A stretch of 64,000 bases of DNA, taken from positions 18,089 through 82,088 of the forward strand of contig JBAZJW010000003.1 in NCBI GenBank assembly GCA_041651055.1, written 5' to 3'. The position numbers and the translations under genes are program-made. The notes below the pieces were generated by a model. The model worked only from the letters and a program-made list of their open reading frames with translations, had not been told where the DNA came from and made no database searches. Shown in pieces: positions 38,243 to 47,692 of the stretch (positions within the stretch are counted from its first letter, which is position 1; each line of letters starts with the position of its first letter). This DNA comes from Minisyncoccota bacterium (GTDB taxonomy: Bacteria > Patescibacteriota > Minisyncoccia > Phycocordibacterales > UBA5272).

Positions 38243-38680
38243 TTACATGTATTTAGACTGGCTTTTAGTCTCCCGGGCAGTTGGCTCTTCCTCTGCAGGC
38301 ACCGGTTCTTCTACCTGGACATCATCGGCCGGTTCGTCTACAGGGTCGTCTTCCAGGTATTCATCCAGCCGGTAGAGCCAGCAGCATTTGCCGCATTCAA
38401 GTTCCAGTTCTCCCGCGCAGTTGCCGTTTGTCCCTTCCTGCATCACTATTTCCCCGTCTCTCACATATGCTGTTATCTTGTTCTGGCATTCGGGGTTCTC
38501 ACAGGTGAAAGACACTTTTTCCGCCTCGCACACAAGTTCCGGTTTATAGACCATGTTCTCATCCTCCGATAGATCTTCGTTTAGTATCGCTCTTTCTGCG
38601 CTCGTGTAGCTTCCATATCTCAAGACAAGATATAGAAGGTACGCAACGCCAACCAGGAAAAATAAGCTTCCCAAGTCCAT
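38243..38680 (-). CDS. Membrane-anchored Zn-finger protein
   Basis: N-terminal TM, CENPEC...CGKC, acidic tail; downstream of flotillin. Confidence 0.6.
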   Translation of the reverse strand: MDLGSLFFLVGVAYLLYLVLRYGSYTSAERAILNEDLSEDENMVYKPELVCEAEKVSFTCENPECQNKITAYVRDGEIVMQEGTNGNCAGELELECGKCCWLYRLDEYLEDDPVDEPADDVQVEEPVPAEEEPTARETKSQSKYM

Positions 38681-38684
38681 TAAA

Positions 38685-40061
38685 TCATTCCTTCTTCTTT
38701 GTTTCGTGCTTTATCTCGTGCCTGCGCGTTATGGGCTCTACTCCGACAGCTTCGAATATCTTCGGCAGAGCCGCTGTTCCCTGCATCACGGTATTCAGGA
38801 TGGATCCGCCAAGTCCCATGTCTGACGTATCCCCTGTCTGGACTATCGTTATCTTGTCTCCGATGTTCTTCAGGGGCTCTGCTATTCTCTCGGCTATCAA
38901 AGGAAGCGTCTCTATCTTCATTATCTCAAGGCCGCTCTGGTTCAATTCCTTGTATGCTTCCGCCTTCTTCTGGACTCCTTCCGCTTCGGCTAGAAGCTTT
39001 TGTTTCTGTCCCTCCGCTTCGGCCAGTAATTTTGCCTTTATTGCTTCCGCTTCCCCGATCCCTTCCAGCTTCTTCTTCTCGGACTCTCCCGCCGCAATAG
39101 CGATCGTCTTGACTTTCTCGGCCTCTCCTTCAAGCTGCTGTATTTCCTTGTTTCGTTCGGATATCTCTACTTGTTTCTGCTTCTGTATTAGTTCGATCTT
39201 CATCTGCTCTTCTTTCAGTTTCTGTGTTTGTATGGCAGTCTCTATATCCTTTGCCTTGTCGGCCATGGCCTGCTGCGTGAATGTCTCCTGGTTGTATAGC
39301 GCCATCTTTATCTGTTTTTCTTTTTCGTATTCTGCTATCTTTGTCTGCGCTATGTTCTCCTGCTCGCTTGCTTCCTGGTTCGCCTTGGCGGTCGCCTTCC
39401 GGGACTCGCTCTTCGCGTTGGCTTCGGCTATCTCCGCTGCTTTTATCTTTTCGGCAAGCTCCTTTGCGTAGAGGGACTCTATGTACCCTCTGCCGGTCTC
39501 TTTCTTTGTTGACGATGAATCGCTGATGTCCTTTATCGTGAAGGATACTATCGAGAGGCCCATCTTCTCCAGGTCGTCTTTTGCGTTCTCAAGGACCCTT
39601 TTGTTGAAGCTTTCCCGGTCCTGTATCAATTCCTCGACTGTCATGTTGGCGCATATCGCCCTTATGTGGCCCTCCATTGTCTCTTCTATCTTCTGCATTA
39701 TCCTTTCGGTCTCAAAGCCCAGGAATGATTTTGATACGTTGGCGTATCCTTCTTCGGTGTCCTGCAACTGTAATTGTGCGACTGCTTCCACGTCGACGGG
39801 AACGATAAGCTGAGTCTGCACGTTTTCCTTTACTATTGTGACGGTCATAAGCTGTTTTGTTATGGACCACGCTTCTTCCAGGACAGGGAATATGAGCGTT
39901 GCTCCTCCCGACACGAATCTTGTTCCTTTCCTTCCGGAGATCACCATAAGCTTTGACGGGGGTACTTTGATATAGTTCCTGCTCATAACATACGCTCCCC
40001 CCATGACCGCTATTGCTCCCCCGCCGACTATTATCGGCAGCACGAATCCGTCGATGTTCAT
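38685..40061 (-). CDS. Flotillin / SPFH (band 7) protein
   Basis: N-terminal TM, VISGR, VPVDVEAVAQ, EGHIRAI..MTVEEL..DRE.F, DLEKMGLSIVSFTIKDI, AEA-rich coiled coil. Confidence 0.92.
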   Translation of the reverse strand: MNIDGFVLPIIVGGGAIAVMGGAYVMSRNYIKVPPSKLMVISGRKGTRFVSGGATLIFPVLEEAWSITKQLMTVTIVKENVQTQLIVPVDVEAVAQLQLQDTEEGYANVSKSFLGFETERIMQKIEETMEGHIRAICANMTVEELIQDRESFNKRVLENAKDDLEKMGLSIVSFTIKDISDSSSTKKETGRGYIESLYAKELAEKIKAAEIAEANAKSESRKATAKANQEASEQENIAQTKIAEYEKEKQIKMALYNQETFTQQAMADKAKDIETAIQTQKLKEEQMKIELIQKQKQVEISERNKEIQQLEGEAEKVKTIAIAAGESEKKKLEGIGEAEAIKAKLLAEAEGQKQKLLAEAEGVQKKAEAYKELNQSGLEIMKIETLPLIAERIAEPLKNIGDKITIVQTGDTSDMGLGGSILNTVMQGTAALPKIFEAVGVEPITRRHEIKHETKKKE

Positions 40062-40639
40062 TTTTCAGCCTCTCTTGATGCTTTTTTTACTTTCAACATG
40101 TCGCCGCATAGTCCGGCGACTATTACATTCGTTCCCTTGGGCAGGCTTTCGTCCGAGACCGCCAGTAAAGACTTATGGCTCCCGTCTACGAAAAGAACTT
40201 CCCCCTTGTCGCCCGCGCCCTTTATCTCCACTGTCACTACGCCCTCTTTTCCTATGAAATCCCTCAGCTTGCGTATAGAGCTTGGCGAATTGGAGAACAC
40301 CTTGGACATTAGATACGTTGATGAGACGGTTATCGCTAAAGAGATAAAAAGCGACGCAGGAACCAGGACAAAAGGACTCATTTCAGGATACGCGAGCAGG
40401 AGATATACCCCGGCCCCTCCGAAAGTCGTGCAGAACGCGCCCATCGCGAATGTGCCAAAGCCGTGGAAAGACACTCCGTCGAATGCATCCCCCAGGAGGG
40501 ATATGCCATCCAACGCGTTGCCCACGCCTTCCAATACCCCTTCCAGGGCGTCGCCTAATATGTCGGCAAAGAAGCTGACAACTGTGATCAATAGCCCCAT
40601 CAAGAATATTATTCCGAAAACTAGTAGAATATCTATCAT
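40058..40639 (-). CDS. nfeD: NfeD-like membrane protein
   Basis: Three TMs, then FIGKEGVVTVEI...GEV...AVSDESLPKGTNVIV OB fold; ATGA-coupled to flotillin. Confidence 0.85.
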   Translation of the reverse strand: MIDILLVFGIIFLMGLLITVVSFFADILGDALEGVLEGVGNALDGISLLGDAFDGVSFHGFGTFAMGAFCTTFGGAGVYLLLAYPEMSPFVLVPASLFISLAITVSSTYLMSKVFSNSPSSIRKLRDFIGKEGVVTVEIKGAGDKGEVLFVDGSHKSLLAVSDESLPKGTNVIVAGLCGDMLKVKKASREAEK

Positions 40640-40796
40640 TTTTATTGAATAATATTTAGATTATGTTATATTTATATAAATATTCTGTATAAAACTTTGA
40701 TTCTTTCCTGAATTTGTAGATTTGTGGGAAGTGAGCGAATGTAGTGCCTAACTTTCCGGACCAAAAAAAATATTTAAATAATCAGAAAACACATAC

Positions 40797-41309
40797 ATGT
40801 ATGTGATGAAAGCCAGCAAACATCGCATGCTTTCTTTTATGATGGTCGCCGCGTCTACCGCTGCCGGCGCGAACTCCGTAATGGGCCCTCTGACAGGCAT
40901 TTGGGGAGTGGCAATGATATTCTTATTCCTCCCGGTATGGCTTCTTGAGGCCGTAATCATTTACTTCGCAGCAAGGAAGATATGTTCCTACAGTATAAGC
41001 CTCAAGCGCGCATTTATCACGTCTTTTGCAGCCAACACCGCCTCGACAATAGGCGGCCTTATGGCAATGCAAATTTGCTACTTTATTACCTTCCTACTGT
41101 TCCATAACTATACCCTGAGCATATTTTACGAGATCGTCCCCGTCTTTGCCCTGGGTTTTGTGATAACGGTCATCATAGAAACGGTCGTGGTGCATATCTC
41201 AGTCAAGGATAAAGGCAGAGGCTGCAAGCCTTTTTATATTTCCATGCTGATGAATCTGGCGTCATATGCCCTGCTTGCAGCGCTTGCAGTCATCAGATAC
41301 AGTCGTTGA
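40797..41309 (+). CDS. Integral membrane protein
   Basis: Repeated LEAVII/IETVVV...AN.AS / MNLASY multi-TM pattern. Confidence 0.7.
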   Translation: MYVMKASKHRMLSFMMVAASTAAGANSVMGPLTGIWGVAMIFLFLPVWLLEAVIIYFAARKICSYSISLKRAFITSFAANTASTIGGLMAMQICYFITFLLFHNYTLSIFYEIVPVFALGFVITVIIETVVVHISVKDKGRGCKPFYISMLMNLASYALLAALAVIRYSR

Positions 41310-41634
41310 CGTTCTTAAGCCACATTAGCAGCGTCGACTGAACCGTTCCGGATGCCTCGGCGCTTATCCTCTCCGCGTCGTATCCGAACGTTATTAGCAG
41401 GTTCTCGAGAGCCCGGACCAATAGTTCGTAGTACTTGTCCGGATCGTATTCCCCCCGTATCTGCTTCGGCGTGTAGCGCCGCTCGGGCTTCTTCGCGCAG
41501 GCATCTGTTATCACGTACTCGACCGATTCCCCCGGCCGGGTCTTCAGACCGTAGCGTTCCAGCTTTTCCATCACGACCTTTTGCGCCGCCGCGCTCTTGT
41601 ATTCATTCCGCTCCCTTGTCACGCTCTTGAACAT
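41293..41634 (-). pseudogene. C-terminal (thumb) fragment of a family B DNA polymerase (PolB2-like)
   Basis: RPGESVEYVITD...YDPDKYYELLVRALENLL..FG; everything upstream is missing at the insertion junction. Confidence 0.7.
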
Positions 41635-41913
41635 ACAATTGACTACAAGCAGAAAGGCGTAGATATACTACTATCTATGGATTTAGTAAAGTTGGTTTCT
41701 AAGGAAGAAATAAACAAAGCAGTACTAATAACTGGTGACAGTGACTTTGTGCCTGCGGTTCGAATGGCAAAGGATGATACGATCCAAATTTATTTGATAC
41801 ATGGTACTAGAATCCATAATGGAAAAACTCTTCCACTAGCTCATGATGAACTTTATTCGTTATGTGACGAACGCATACCTATAACAAAGGAGCTACTTAA
41901 AAGGCTGACCTAA
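41629..41913 (+). pseudogene. NYN ribonuclease, C-terminal half
   Basis: KQKGVDILLSMDL, AVLITGDSDFVPAV, ELYSLCD. Confidence 0.88.
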
Positions 41914-42076
41914 TCATCTCTTTCTGCTAATAAACTCCCTCGTCTGCTAATAAAGTCGCTGGTTTTCATGACTAAATTAGCAAAGCCAGTATAGATATGT
42001 TAGGATAAGTATAAAACAGATAGAAGAATCTAAGGGGATACCAAGAAGAATCCAGAGAAGTATTAACCTGGAATAC

Positions 42077-42310
42077 CTACTTGAAGTCGAAGGCTTCGAT
42101 AACTTCATCCGGTGTTGGATTATATATGTCTCCACACCCAATTGTTCCATCATATTCATTTTCTTTGTCAACTACAAGAGCGCGTTTAGGCATGGTTCTC
42201 TTCTTGTATCCACAAAGGGGACATGCTTCTCCCGGCTTCCTGCTATCAATTCGTTCTTTCCTTTTAAGCACCTTATCCAAGTATGCTCCGATCTTATCCA
42301 ATGTGTTCAT
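42077..42310 (-). CDS. Zinc-ribbon protein
   Basis: CPLCG; directly downstream of a tRNA-like element. Confidence 0.55.
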   Translation of the reverse strand: MNTLDKIGAYLDKVLKRKERIDSRKPGEACPLCGYKKRTMPKRALVVDKENEYDGTIGCGDIYNPTPDEVIEAFDFK

Positions 42311-42337
42311 TTTATGTGTATAAGTTATGAGAGAAAT

Positions 42338-42442
42338 TGGAGCCAGTCAGGATTTGCACCTGACAACCTGGGGACATTGTACTGTGTCAATCCCATACTG
42401 TAACAGCAGCGGCACTACAATCTTTCTCCGCCCTTGACTCCA
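42338..42442 (-). tRNA. Atypical tRNA-like RNA with two central hairpins
   Basis: GGAGTCA/TGGCTCC acceptor, GGCG/TGCC D stem, GTCAGG-TGCAAAT-CCTGAC T-arm. Confidence 0.55.
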
Positions 42443-42497
42443 TTAATATATGAGAGTATTATGTAGAATTGATGAAAAAAGTTAATGAAAAAAAGAG

Positions 42498-42770
42498 TTA
42501 GAGCTTATTTCTCTTCTCCATATCATTCCATAACTCAGTCATCATCAAGTAGAAACCAGCTATAGTTATCCCCCAAAAGAATGCAGTAATAAAGAGTTCA
42601 GGTAATGCTTCTCCATAGTTGTTAATTGCAACCCATGATTTTTTAGAGCTGTCCATCCAGCTTGTAAACCATACAAGCTGTAGTAGGGAGGCAAGACCCG
42701 TGCTCCATATAAGAGATATTAACTTGACATACCTTCTAATAATGTGTTTATCCATTTTTTTAGAGCACAT
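42498..42770 (-). CDS. Small membrane protein
   Basis: Two TMs around INNYGEA..E. Confidence 0.55.
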   Translation of the reverse strand: MCSKKMDKHIIRRYVKLISLIWSTGLASLLQLVWFTSWMDSSKKSWVAINNYGEALPELFITAFFWGITIAGFYLMMTELWNDMEKRNKL

Positions 42771-43188
42771 AAATGAATCTATCTCCTGTTGTTTCCCTGG
42801 TTAAAGCCCTCCAAGGCCACTTATCCTCCATACCAATTACCTGGTTTCCTTCTAATTCAATCACTCCAGGTCTTGAAGTCTCCGGAACAACCAGGGAATA
42901 TGTAACTTTGGATGGTATTGGAGAGAAATAAGTCCATAAAAGCCACTCTATTTTTCCATACCTCACCATTCCATTGTTCGATATATTGGTGACATTAAAA
43001 CCATCAGGTATAGATTCTTCAATTCCAACAACTACTGTATCATTTGTCTTTGTTATGTCCAATGATATAGAGTAATTGTATCCTCTATGCATTATTAAAG
43101 AGCTACAGTCTCGTTCAATTGTTGCGGTTCCATAACAGGTTCCTATCAGCGCAAGAATTAGTATTCCTGCTATTGTTTTTGTATTCAT
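42760..43188 (-). CDS. Secreted/surface Ig-like protein
   Basis: Signal peptide, IEESIPDGF.V, KVTYSLVVP, N-x-S/T sequons. Confidence 0.6.
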   Translation of the reverse strand: MNTKTIAGILILALIGTCYGTATIERDCSSLIMHRGYNYSISLDITKTNDTVVVGIEESIPDGFNVTNISNNGMVRYGKIEWLLWTYFSPIPSKVTYSLVVPETSRPGVIELEGNQVIGMEDKWPWRALTRETTGDRFIYVL

Positions 43189-43397
43189 CTTAGTTTATTT
43201 ACTCTATTTATATTCACTTCAGGGAATTTGGCTTCCAACAAAAAACCTATGATTTCTTCAACACCATCATCTCTCATACGTACTATTGAGATTAGGCGAG
43301 TAACATAGCCCATCTTTTCAAGTTTATCACATTTAGGGTAAAAATCCTTAAGAGTCATATTTAGAGGGAGAGACTCTGATACTGTAGGTTCAACCAT
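43185..43397 (-). CDS. Hypothetical protein
   Basis: ATGA-coupled; divergent from 43457. Confidence 0.5.
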   Translation of the reverse strand: MVEPTVSESLPLNMTLKDFYPKCDKLEKMGYVTRLISIVRMRDDGVEEIIGFLLEAKFPEVNINRVNKLR

Positions 43398-43456
43398 TTT
43401 CTGTTTAAATAATAGAATAATAAGTATTTATATTTGTATGTCTAATATTAGTTTGT

Positions 43457-43780
43457 ATGGATCCAATAACATACAATGCATTGGTAGGAGTAATAGCTGC
43501 AGGAGTGCTGGCTATGAGTACGTATATAAGGAAAAGAGAGCAGGATGGTACGAGTTTTGAGTTTTCAAAGCTTCTAGCCACAGGGATAACAGGGATTATT
43601 GTAGGGATAAGTGCGGCATTCATGGGGATACAGGTGAGTGAGTCATGGCTGCTAATACAGTTGGGAGCATATGCAGGATTCACTTCCATACTTGAGTCCT
43701 GGATTCGTATAGTCCTTACAAAGCTTAGAGGAATAGGAGTTGTTAATTCCTTGTACTCGAAGATCTATAAGACTGTATGA
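43457..43780 (+). CDS. Holin-like three-TM membrane protein
   Basis: Three TMs, FEFSKLLATGITG; TTTATA ~26 nt upstream. Confidence 0.5.
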   Translation: MDPITYNALVGVIAAGVLAMSTYIRKREQDGTSFEFSKLLATGITGIIVGISAAFMGIQVSESWLLIQLGAYAGFTSILESWIRIVLTKLRGIGVVNSLYSKIYKTV

Positions 43781-44015
43781 TCTGTTCTTCTTTCTTTTTT
43801 TCTTTTATCCTATTTGATTCATCTATTGATTTACGTGCTTCTTTCAGTGATTCTTCTTCTGTTAAATGTTTGAAGAAGCAGCGGATTCCGCGAGCATAGT
43901 TCTCAACCCTATTATCTTCAGGCATCACTATTGGTTCTCTCTTTGATATTTCATTCGATTCAATTGTTTCTATGTCCTCATATGTTTCCGTGTCCATTTT
44001 AGTGTAAATCAGCAA
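43743..44015 (-). CDS. Hypothetical protein (likely start MDTE)
   Basis: Charged ORF convergent with the holin-like gene. Confidence 0.45.
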   Translation of the reverse strand: MLIYTKMDTETYEDIETIESNEISKREPIVMPEDNRVENYARGIRCFFKHLTEEESLKEARKSIDESNRIKEKKKEEQIIQSYRSSSTRN

Positions 44016-44046
44016 TAATTTGTAATAAGTAATGATTTGTAGTATT

Positions 44047-44427
44047 TTAGTAATAATGTGAGAGAGCCATTATCTTGAATGCTTTATTAGTCATATCAAT
44101 ATCATTCTTATCAATGAAATTAACTAAAGGCATGATCAGTTCATCTAACTCTTTGTTTTCAATCTCGATGTAATCCAAATTGCCTCCATCTTCATCACTA
44201 TCACTCATTGCAAGTATGTTACCAATGAGACAATATTCTCCTGACATTCCATCAGTTACTATACGGATTCCTCTATTCTCTTCAATGTCTGAGTATTCGT
44301 CAAAGGCAAATTCAGCAAGAGAGGAGTCTTCAATCCCATCAGGCAATAGTTTCCTGTATTCTTCCTCGTTCAGTTTTATCCCATACATTACCAGTGTTAC
44401 GCAGTGTGTGCTCATTTTGGTTTCCAC
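44047..44427 (-). CDS. Hypothetical acidic phage protein
   Basis: IVTDGMSGEYCLIG motif. Confidence 0.6.
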   Translation of the reverse strand: METKMSTHCVTLVMYGIKLNEEEYRKLLPDGIEDSSLAEFAFDEYSDIEENRGIRIVTDGMSGEYCLIGNILAMSDSDEDGGNLDYIEIENKELDELIMPLVNFIDKNDIDMTNKAFKIMALSHYY

Positions 44428-44798
44428 TTCTCTTTGTACATCTTTTCATATAATTCAAGTAAGTAGTTGTAGAAGTCTGTTGCAAGTTCCTGAGAGTGTC
44501 CTACTTTAAGTAATTCCTTCTCCCATGCTCTATAAGGAGTATAACTACATGCAGTTTGTTTATTATTACATAGACCAAGTACACAGTAATTTACACCACT
44601 TCCAGCATAATTGTAGAGTTCACAAAAAGGACAGTCAAATTTTCTAGGTCCAATCCCAAGTTCATCCAAGAGTTTTCCTTTCAAGTTATTTAAGTTTCCA
44701 TAACTTGTTGATGGTGTATTGCTTAGTTCCTTCCATAATAGAAGACACTCATTGAATGCTTTCCTATTTCGTTTGCTTGGCTTCATGTATACTTCCAT
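44412..44798 (-). CDS. Cys-rich protein, paralog family member 1
   Basis: CL..W..LS...CPFCE...C...PY..W...FYNYL. Confidence 0.65.
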   Translation of the reverse strand: MEVYMKPSKRNRKAFNECLLLWKELSNTPSTSYGNLNNLKGKLLDELGIGPRKFDCPFCELYNYAGSGVNYCVLGLCNNKQTACSYTPYRAWEKELLKVGHSQELATDFYNYLLELYEKMYKEKWKPK

Positions 44799-44822
44799 TT
44801 TACCTCTAATATATTGAGATAG

Positions 44823-45275
44823 TTATTCAACAAAAACATACTCATACATATAAACGGGATATCCTGACTCATCATGTCCATATTTTGTATTAGCCGTTCT
44901 TTTAAACACCAATGGTTGAGGCATACTAACAGGTATATTCATCGCTTCACATACTTCATATATCTTGTTTGATCTTCTAGGAAATTGGATTATATCTCCT
45001 GCATATTCAGAAAAAAATTTAGTATCAAAGGTGTGTGTATCAAGCTTATGCTTTATTTCCTTTAGCTCTGTAGAATACCTCTTTTCCTTTGTATTTAGTT
45101 CTTCCTCAAAAGGATCCAAGATTTTTGCTTTTGTATATATTGATACATCAAGTTTATCTCTTATTTTCTTAATATCTTTTTTACATATCCTTATATCATC
45201 TAATTCCATCTGTATTGCTTTGATCCTGCTTCTAGATCTAGCTTCAAATGAATCATATGGGTTTATTGCTTCCAT
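44823..45275 (-). CDS. Hypothetical coiled-coil protein
   Basis: Co-oriented ORF. Confidence 0.55.
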   Translation of the reverse strand: MEAINPYDSFEARSRSRIKAIQMELDDIRICKKDIKKIRDKLDVSIYTKAKILDPFEEELNTKEKRYSTELKEIKHKLDTHTFDTKFFSEYAGDIIQFPRRSNKIYEVCEAMNIPVSMPQPLVFKRTANTKYGHDESGYPVYMYEYVFVE

Positions 45276-45281
45276 TTTACT

Positions 45282-45746
45282 TTATTCTTTCACTACTTTG
45301 ATTGTTAGAGTGGTTGATCCTTCGATCCATGGAGGCATCTTATCTGATTGAGCAAATGACTCACACCATCCATACAAGAAGTGGTTCATATAGTTATTTT
45401 CAAAATCTATCCAATTATCTATGGTAACTTCACGAGTCCAGTTTTCATAAGTGGCATCGTCCATACCAGAATATTTCCTAGTGTCTTCTATTTCATCAGT
45501 GACATCCTCAGTGTATGTATGTTTGCCGTCTGTGATTATTACTTTGACTCTTAGGGGTTTCTTCAAAGTATCCAATGCTTCCTTTAGTTCAGGGATGCAG
45601 TTGGATTCTAAGAATAGCAGCAATTCAAGACGAGTAATTCCGTTGCCTTCATCCAGTACTATCATATCTATTGGTTCATTGTTATTTGCTCCAAGAGTCA
45701 ATAGGATATACTTCTTCAACACTTCCCTAGCTTGTATTTTGTCCAT
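45282..45746 (-). CDS. Hypothetical protein
   Basis: Co-oriented ORF. Confidence 0.55.
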   Translation of the reverse strand: MDKIQAREVLKKYILLTLGANNNEPIDMIVLDEGNGITRLELLLFLESNCIPELKEALDTLKKPLRVKVIITDGKHTYTEDVTDEIEDTRKYSGMDDATYENWTREVTIDNWIDFENNYMNHFLYGWCESFAQSDKMPPWIEGSTTLTIKVVKE

Positions 45747-46002
45747 TGTATATACTACATAAAAATTGCGCTTTTAGTACGTATTCAGAAGACCCAACTG
45801 GATATTCTTCTATTACCGCCGTTCCTTTGATTATCTTTCCAATATTACAGCTTAATCCTGGAGCAATATCCAAAGTTACAGGGATCTCAATGTCTTCATT
45901 ATTAATTTGGTCTCTCATTTTGTGAAGAGATTCAAGTGAAAAACTAACACCCTTGTTTTTCCCTGACACAGCTAAAACTGCAATATATGTCTTAGGTTCC
46001 AT
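45727..46002 (-). CDS. Hypothetical protein
   Basis: Co-oriented ORF. Confidence 0.5.
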   Translation of the reverse strand: MEPKTYIAVLAVSGKNKGVSFSLESLHKMRDQINNEDIEIPVTLDIAPGLSCNIGKIIKGTAVIEEYPVGSSEYVLKAQFLCSIYNGQNTS

Positions 46003-46008
46003 TGTATA

Positions 46009-46191
46009 TTATTCCTTAGTCTTATTCTTAATGATCCTACGTATATCCCTTAACTTACTTGTCAATGTTTGAGCCATTTCAGTGAAGTCAACCCAGTCAT
46101 CAAAAGAAAGTTTTTTATCCTTTGAGTAGTTGGCTAAATTAGTCAATTCATCATCAATGATTTGACACGATTCCTTAACTGTTCGGCTCAT
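46009..46191 (-). CDS. Hypothetical protein
   Basis: Co-oriented ORF. Confidence 0.5.
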   Translation of the reverse strand: MSRTVKESCQIIDDELTNLANYSKDKKLSFDDWVDFTEMAQTLTSKLRDIRRIIKNKTKE

Positions 46192-46373
46192 GTTTAATCT
46201 CCTAAGTATTCATTTAATATACGACTCAAGTTGAGTTTGAGCTGTTCTTTCTTAACTCCGATCATATCATCAGACGAGGGGTATTTATATTTGAGATACT
46301 ATCCATCAATAGCAGAACATAATATAATCTCCAGTTGTTCTATTAAGTTTGATGAGACCATTGTAGTAACTAT

Positions 46374-46877
46374 TCAATATTCTCCCTCCTCATAATCTAT
46401 TGAGAAATCTGAGATAAATAGTTCAATGTCAATAGAGAATCCAGCTTTGATCAATTCATCAGCCCACTTCCTCCTCAACATACGTATAGCAGTCCTGGGT
46501 TTATGCAAAGACATCAAGTAATCCTGATCTGATTTGAATCTGGAATCAATTTCATTTAGGATGACGGCGCGATTGGATTCATCTATCTTCACAACCTGCT
46601 GCTCTAATAGGAGAGAGGGATATATGATTTGAAGTTCATGGACTGTTGTAGATGAGGCTCCCTTGAATATGAAGGTGGCGCGCTTCAGATTGCGAGTACC
46701 TGGCTCATGCTCCTTTATTATCTGAAGCGTCCCTTTCAGTTCAGGGGGTATCAGCCAGAGGTATTTTTCAGCCAGGTAGTTGCCTATCCATTTCCATTTG
46801 TCTCTTTTGCGGTACTTCTCAAATTCTTTTCGGTTTCCTTCGTATTCTACTCCTGAGATCGTTGCTGTGTAATCCAT
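46374..46877 (-). CDS. Hypothetical protein with weak ThyX-like segment
   Basis: EH...RATFIFKGASSTTVHEL recalls ThyX but lacks RHRxxS. Confidence 0.4.
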   Translation of the reverse strand: MDYTATISGVEYEGNRKEFEKYRKRDKWKWIGNYLAEKYLWLIPPELKGTLQIIKEHEPGTRNLKRATFIFKGASSTTVHELQIIYPSLLLEQQVVKIDESNRAVILNEIDSRFKSDQDYLMSLHKPRTAIRMLRRKWADELIKAGFSIDIELFISDFSIDYEEGEY

Positions 46878-47037
46878 CTTAATTAGAAGTCTATTCCTCC
46901 AAATTGCCAGGAGTAAACTATTCTACCATCAACCATAAAAGGCTCACCAGTATTTGGATCAACTGATGCATGACACTTGGAACATTCAGAAGCACATGCA
47001 CCAATGTTTATTCCTATATGCCCGCAGGCTCCACACT

Positions 47038-47544
47038 TTATTTCTTTTGTTTCCATTGTTTAGTGAATGATTTCAATGAGGGTTCATCCTCGAATAGTTT
47101 CCAGAAGCGGGATGCTTCAATGTAGGACTGTTGTCGTGAGGGGGGCCAGGCTGACATGCGGGAAAGGTTGGAGGCGCGGTCACACATCTTTATCATTACA
47201 GCATCCCTTGATTTCAAGTTGGGGAAATAGTAGCCTGTTGATTTAGTTCCAGCGTGAGTGAGTTCATTGATTAGTTTAACTGCTCTTTCGTCAAAGACTT
47301 CCAGCAGTTGAGAGTATGTCAAATGCAAGTCTTCAACCAAGTCATGACCATAAGCTTCTTGGATTACATGAGGTTGATCTGTTAATACTTTCACCATTGA
47401 GACTACTGGGAGGAGGTGGGCGTTGAAGTAGGGGATGCCCTCATCGTCCAATACATCTTTGAATGCGGCGGCAGTGTAAGAGTAAATGCGTTGCTCCCAT
47501 TGGGGCAAGTATAGGAAGTCCTTAAGTGTTTGATCGTCTTTCAT
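47038..47544 (-). CDS. HD-domain hydrolase, Mesh1/SpoT small-alarmone-hydrolase-like
   Basis: GIPYFNAHLLPV, AYGHDLVED, FDERAVKLINELT, AVMIKMCDRASNL. Confidence 0.8.
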   Translation of the reverse strand: MKDDQTLKDFLYLPQWEQRIYSYTAAAFKDVLDDEGIPYFNAHLLPVVSMVKVLTDQPHVIQEAYGHDLVEDLHLTYSQLLEVFDERAVKLINELTHAGTKSTGYYFPNLKSRDAVMIKMCDRASNLSRMSAWPPSRQQSYIEASRFWKLFEDEPSLKSFTKQWKQKK

Positions 47545-47692
47545 TTTAATTTGGGTTTAGTCCAACCAGTGCTTACAACAAAAGTATCTCTCGGATCTAC
47601 GTTGTATTTGTCATCAACTTCTATAGTTAGTTCCCCTGTGAGAGTATCCATTGAAGGCTCTCCTTTGAAATGAGCTACAAGAACTTTCATTT

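Larger units (their letters stand above)
36755..41630. mobile_element. ~4.9 kb GC-richer cell-like DNA fragment inserted into the NYN gene (no recombinase, TIR or TSD seen)
   Basis: Abrupt composition shift; NYN halves rejoin in frame; both ends are 5'-truncated genes. Confidence 0.7.

Noticed and set aside
38699-40652. Long + strand ORFs opposite flotillin/NfeD
   Set aside because: Antisense shadows of well-supported minus-strand genes.
36755-41630. Host flanks of an integrated provirus, or a casposon/transposon
   Set aside because: The end genes are unrelated fragments that cannot rebuild one attB; PolB is only a C-terminal stub; no Cas1, integrase, TIR or TSD.
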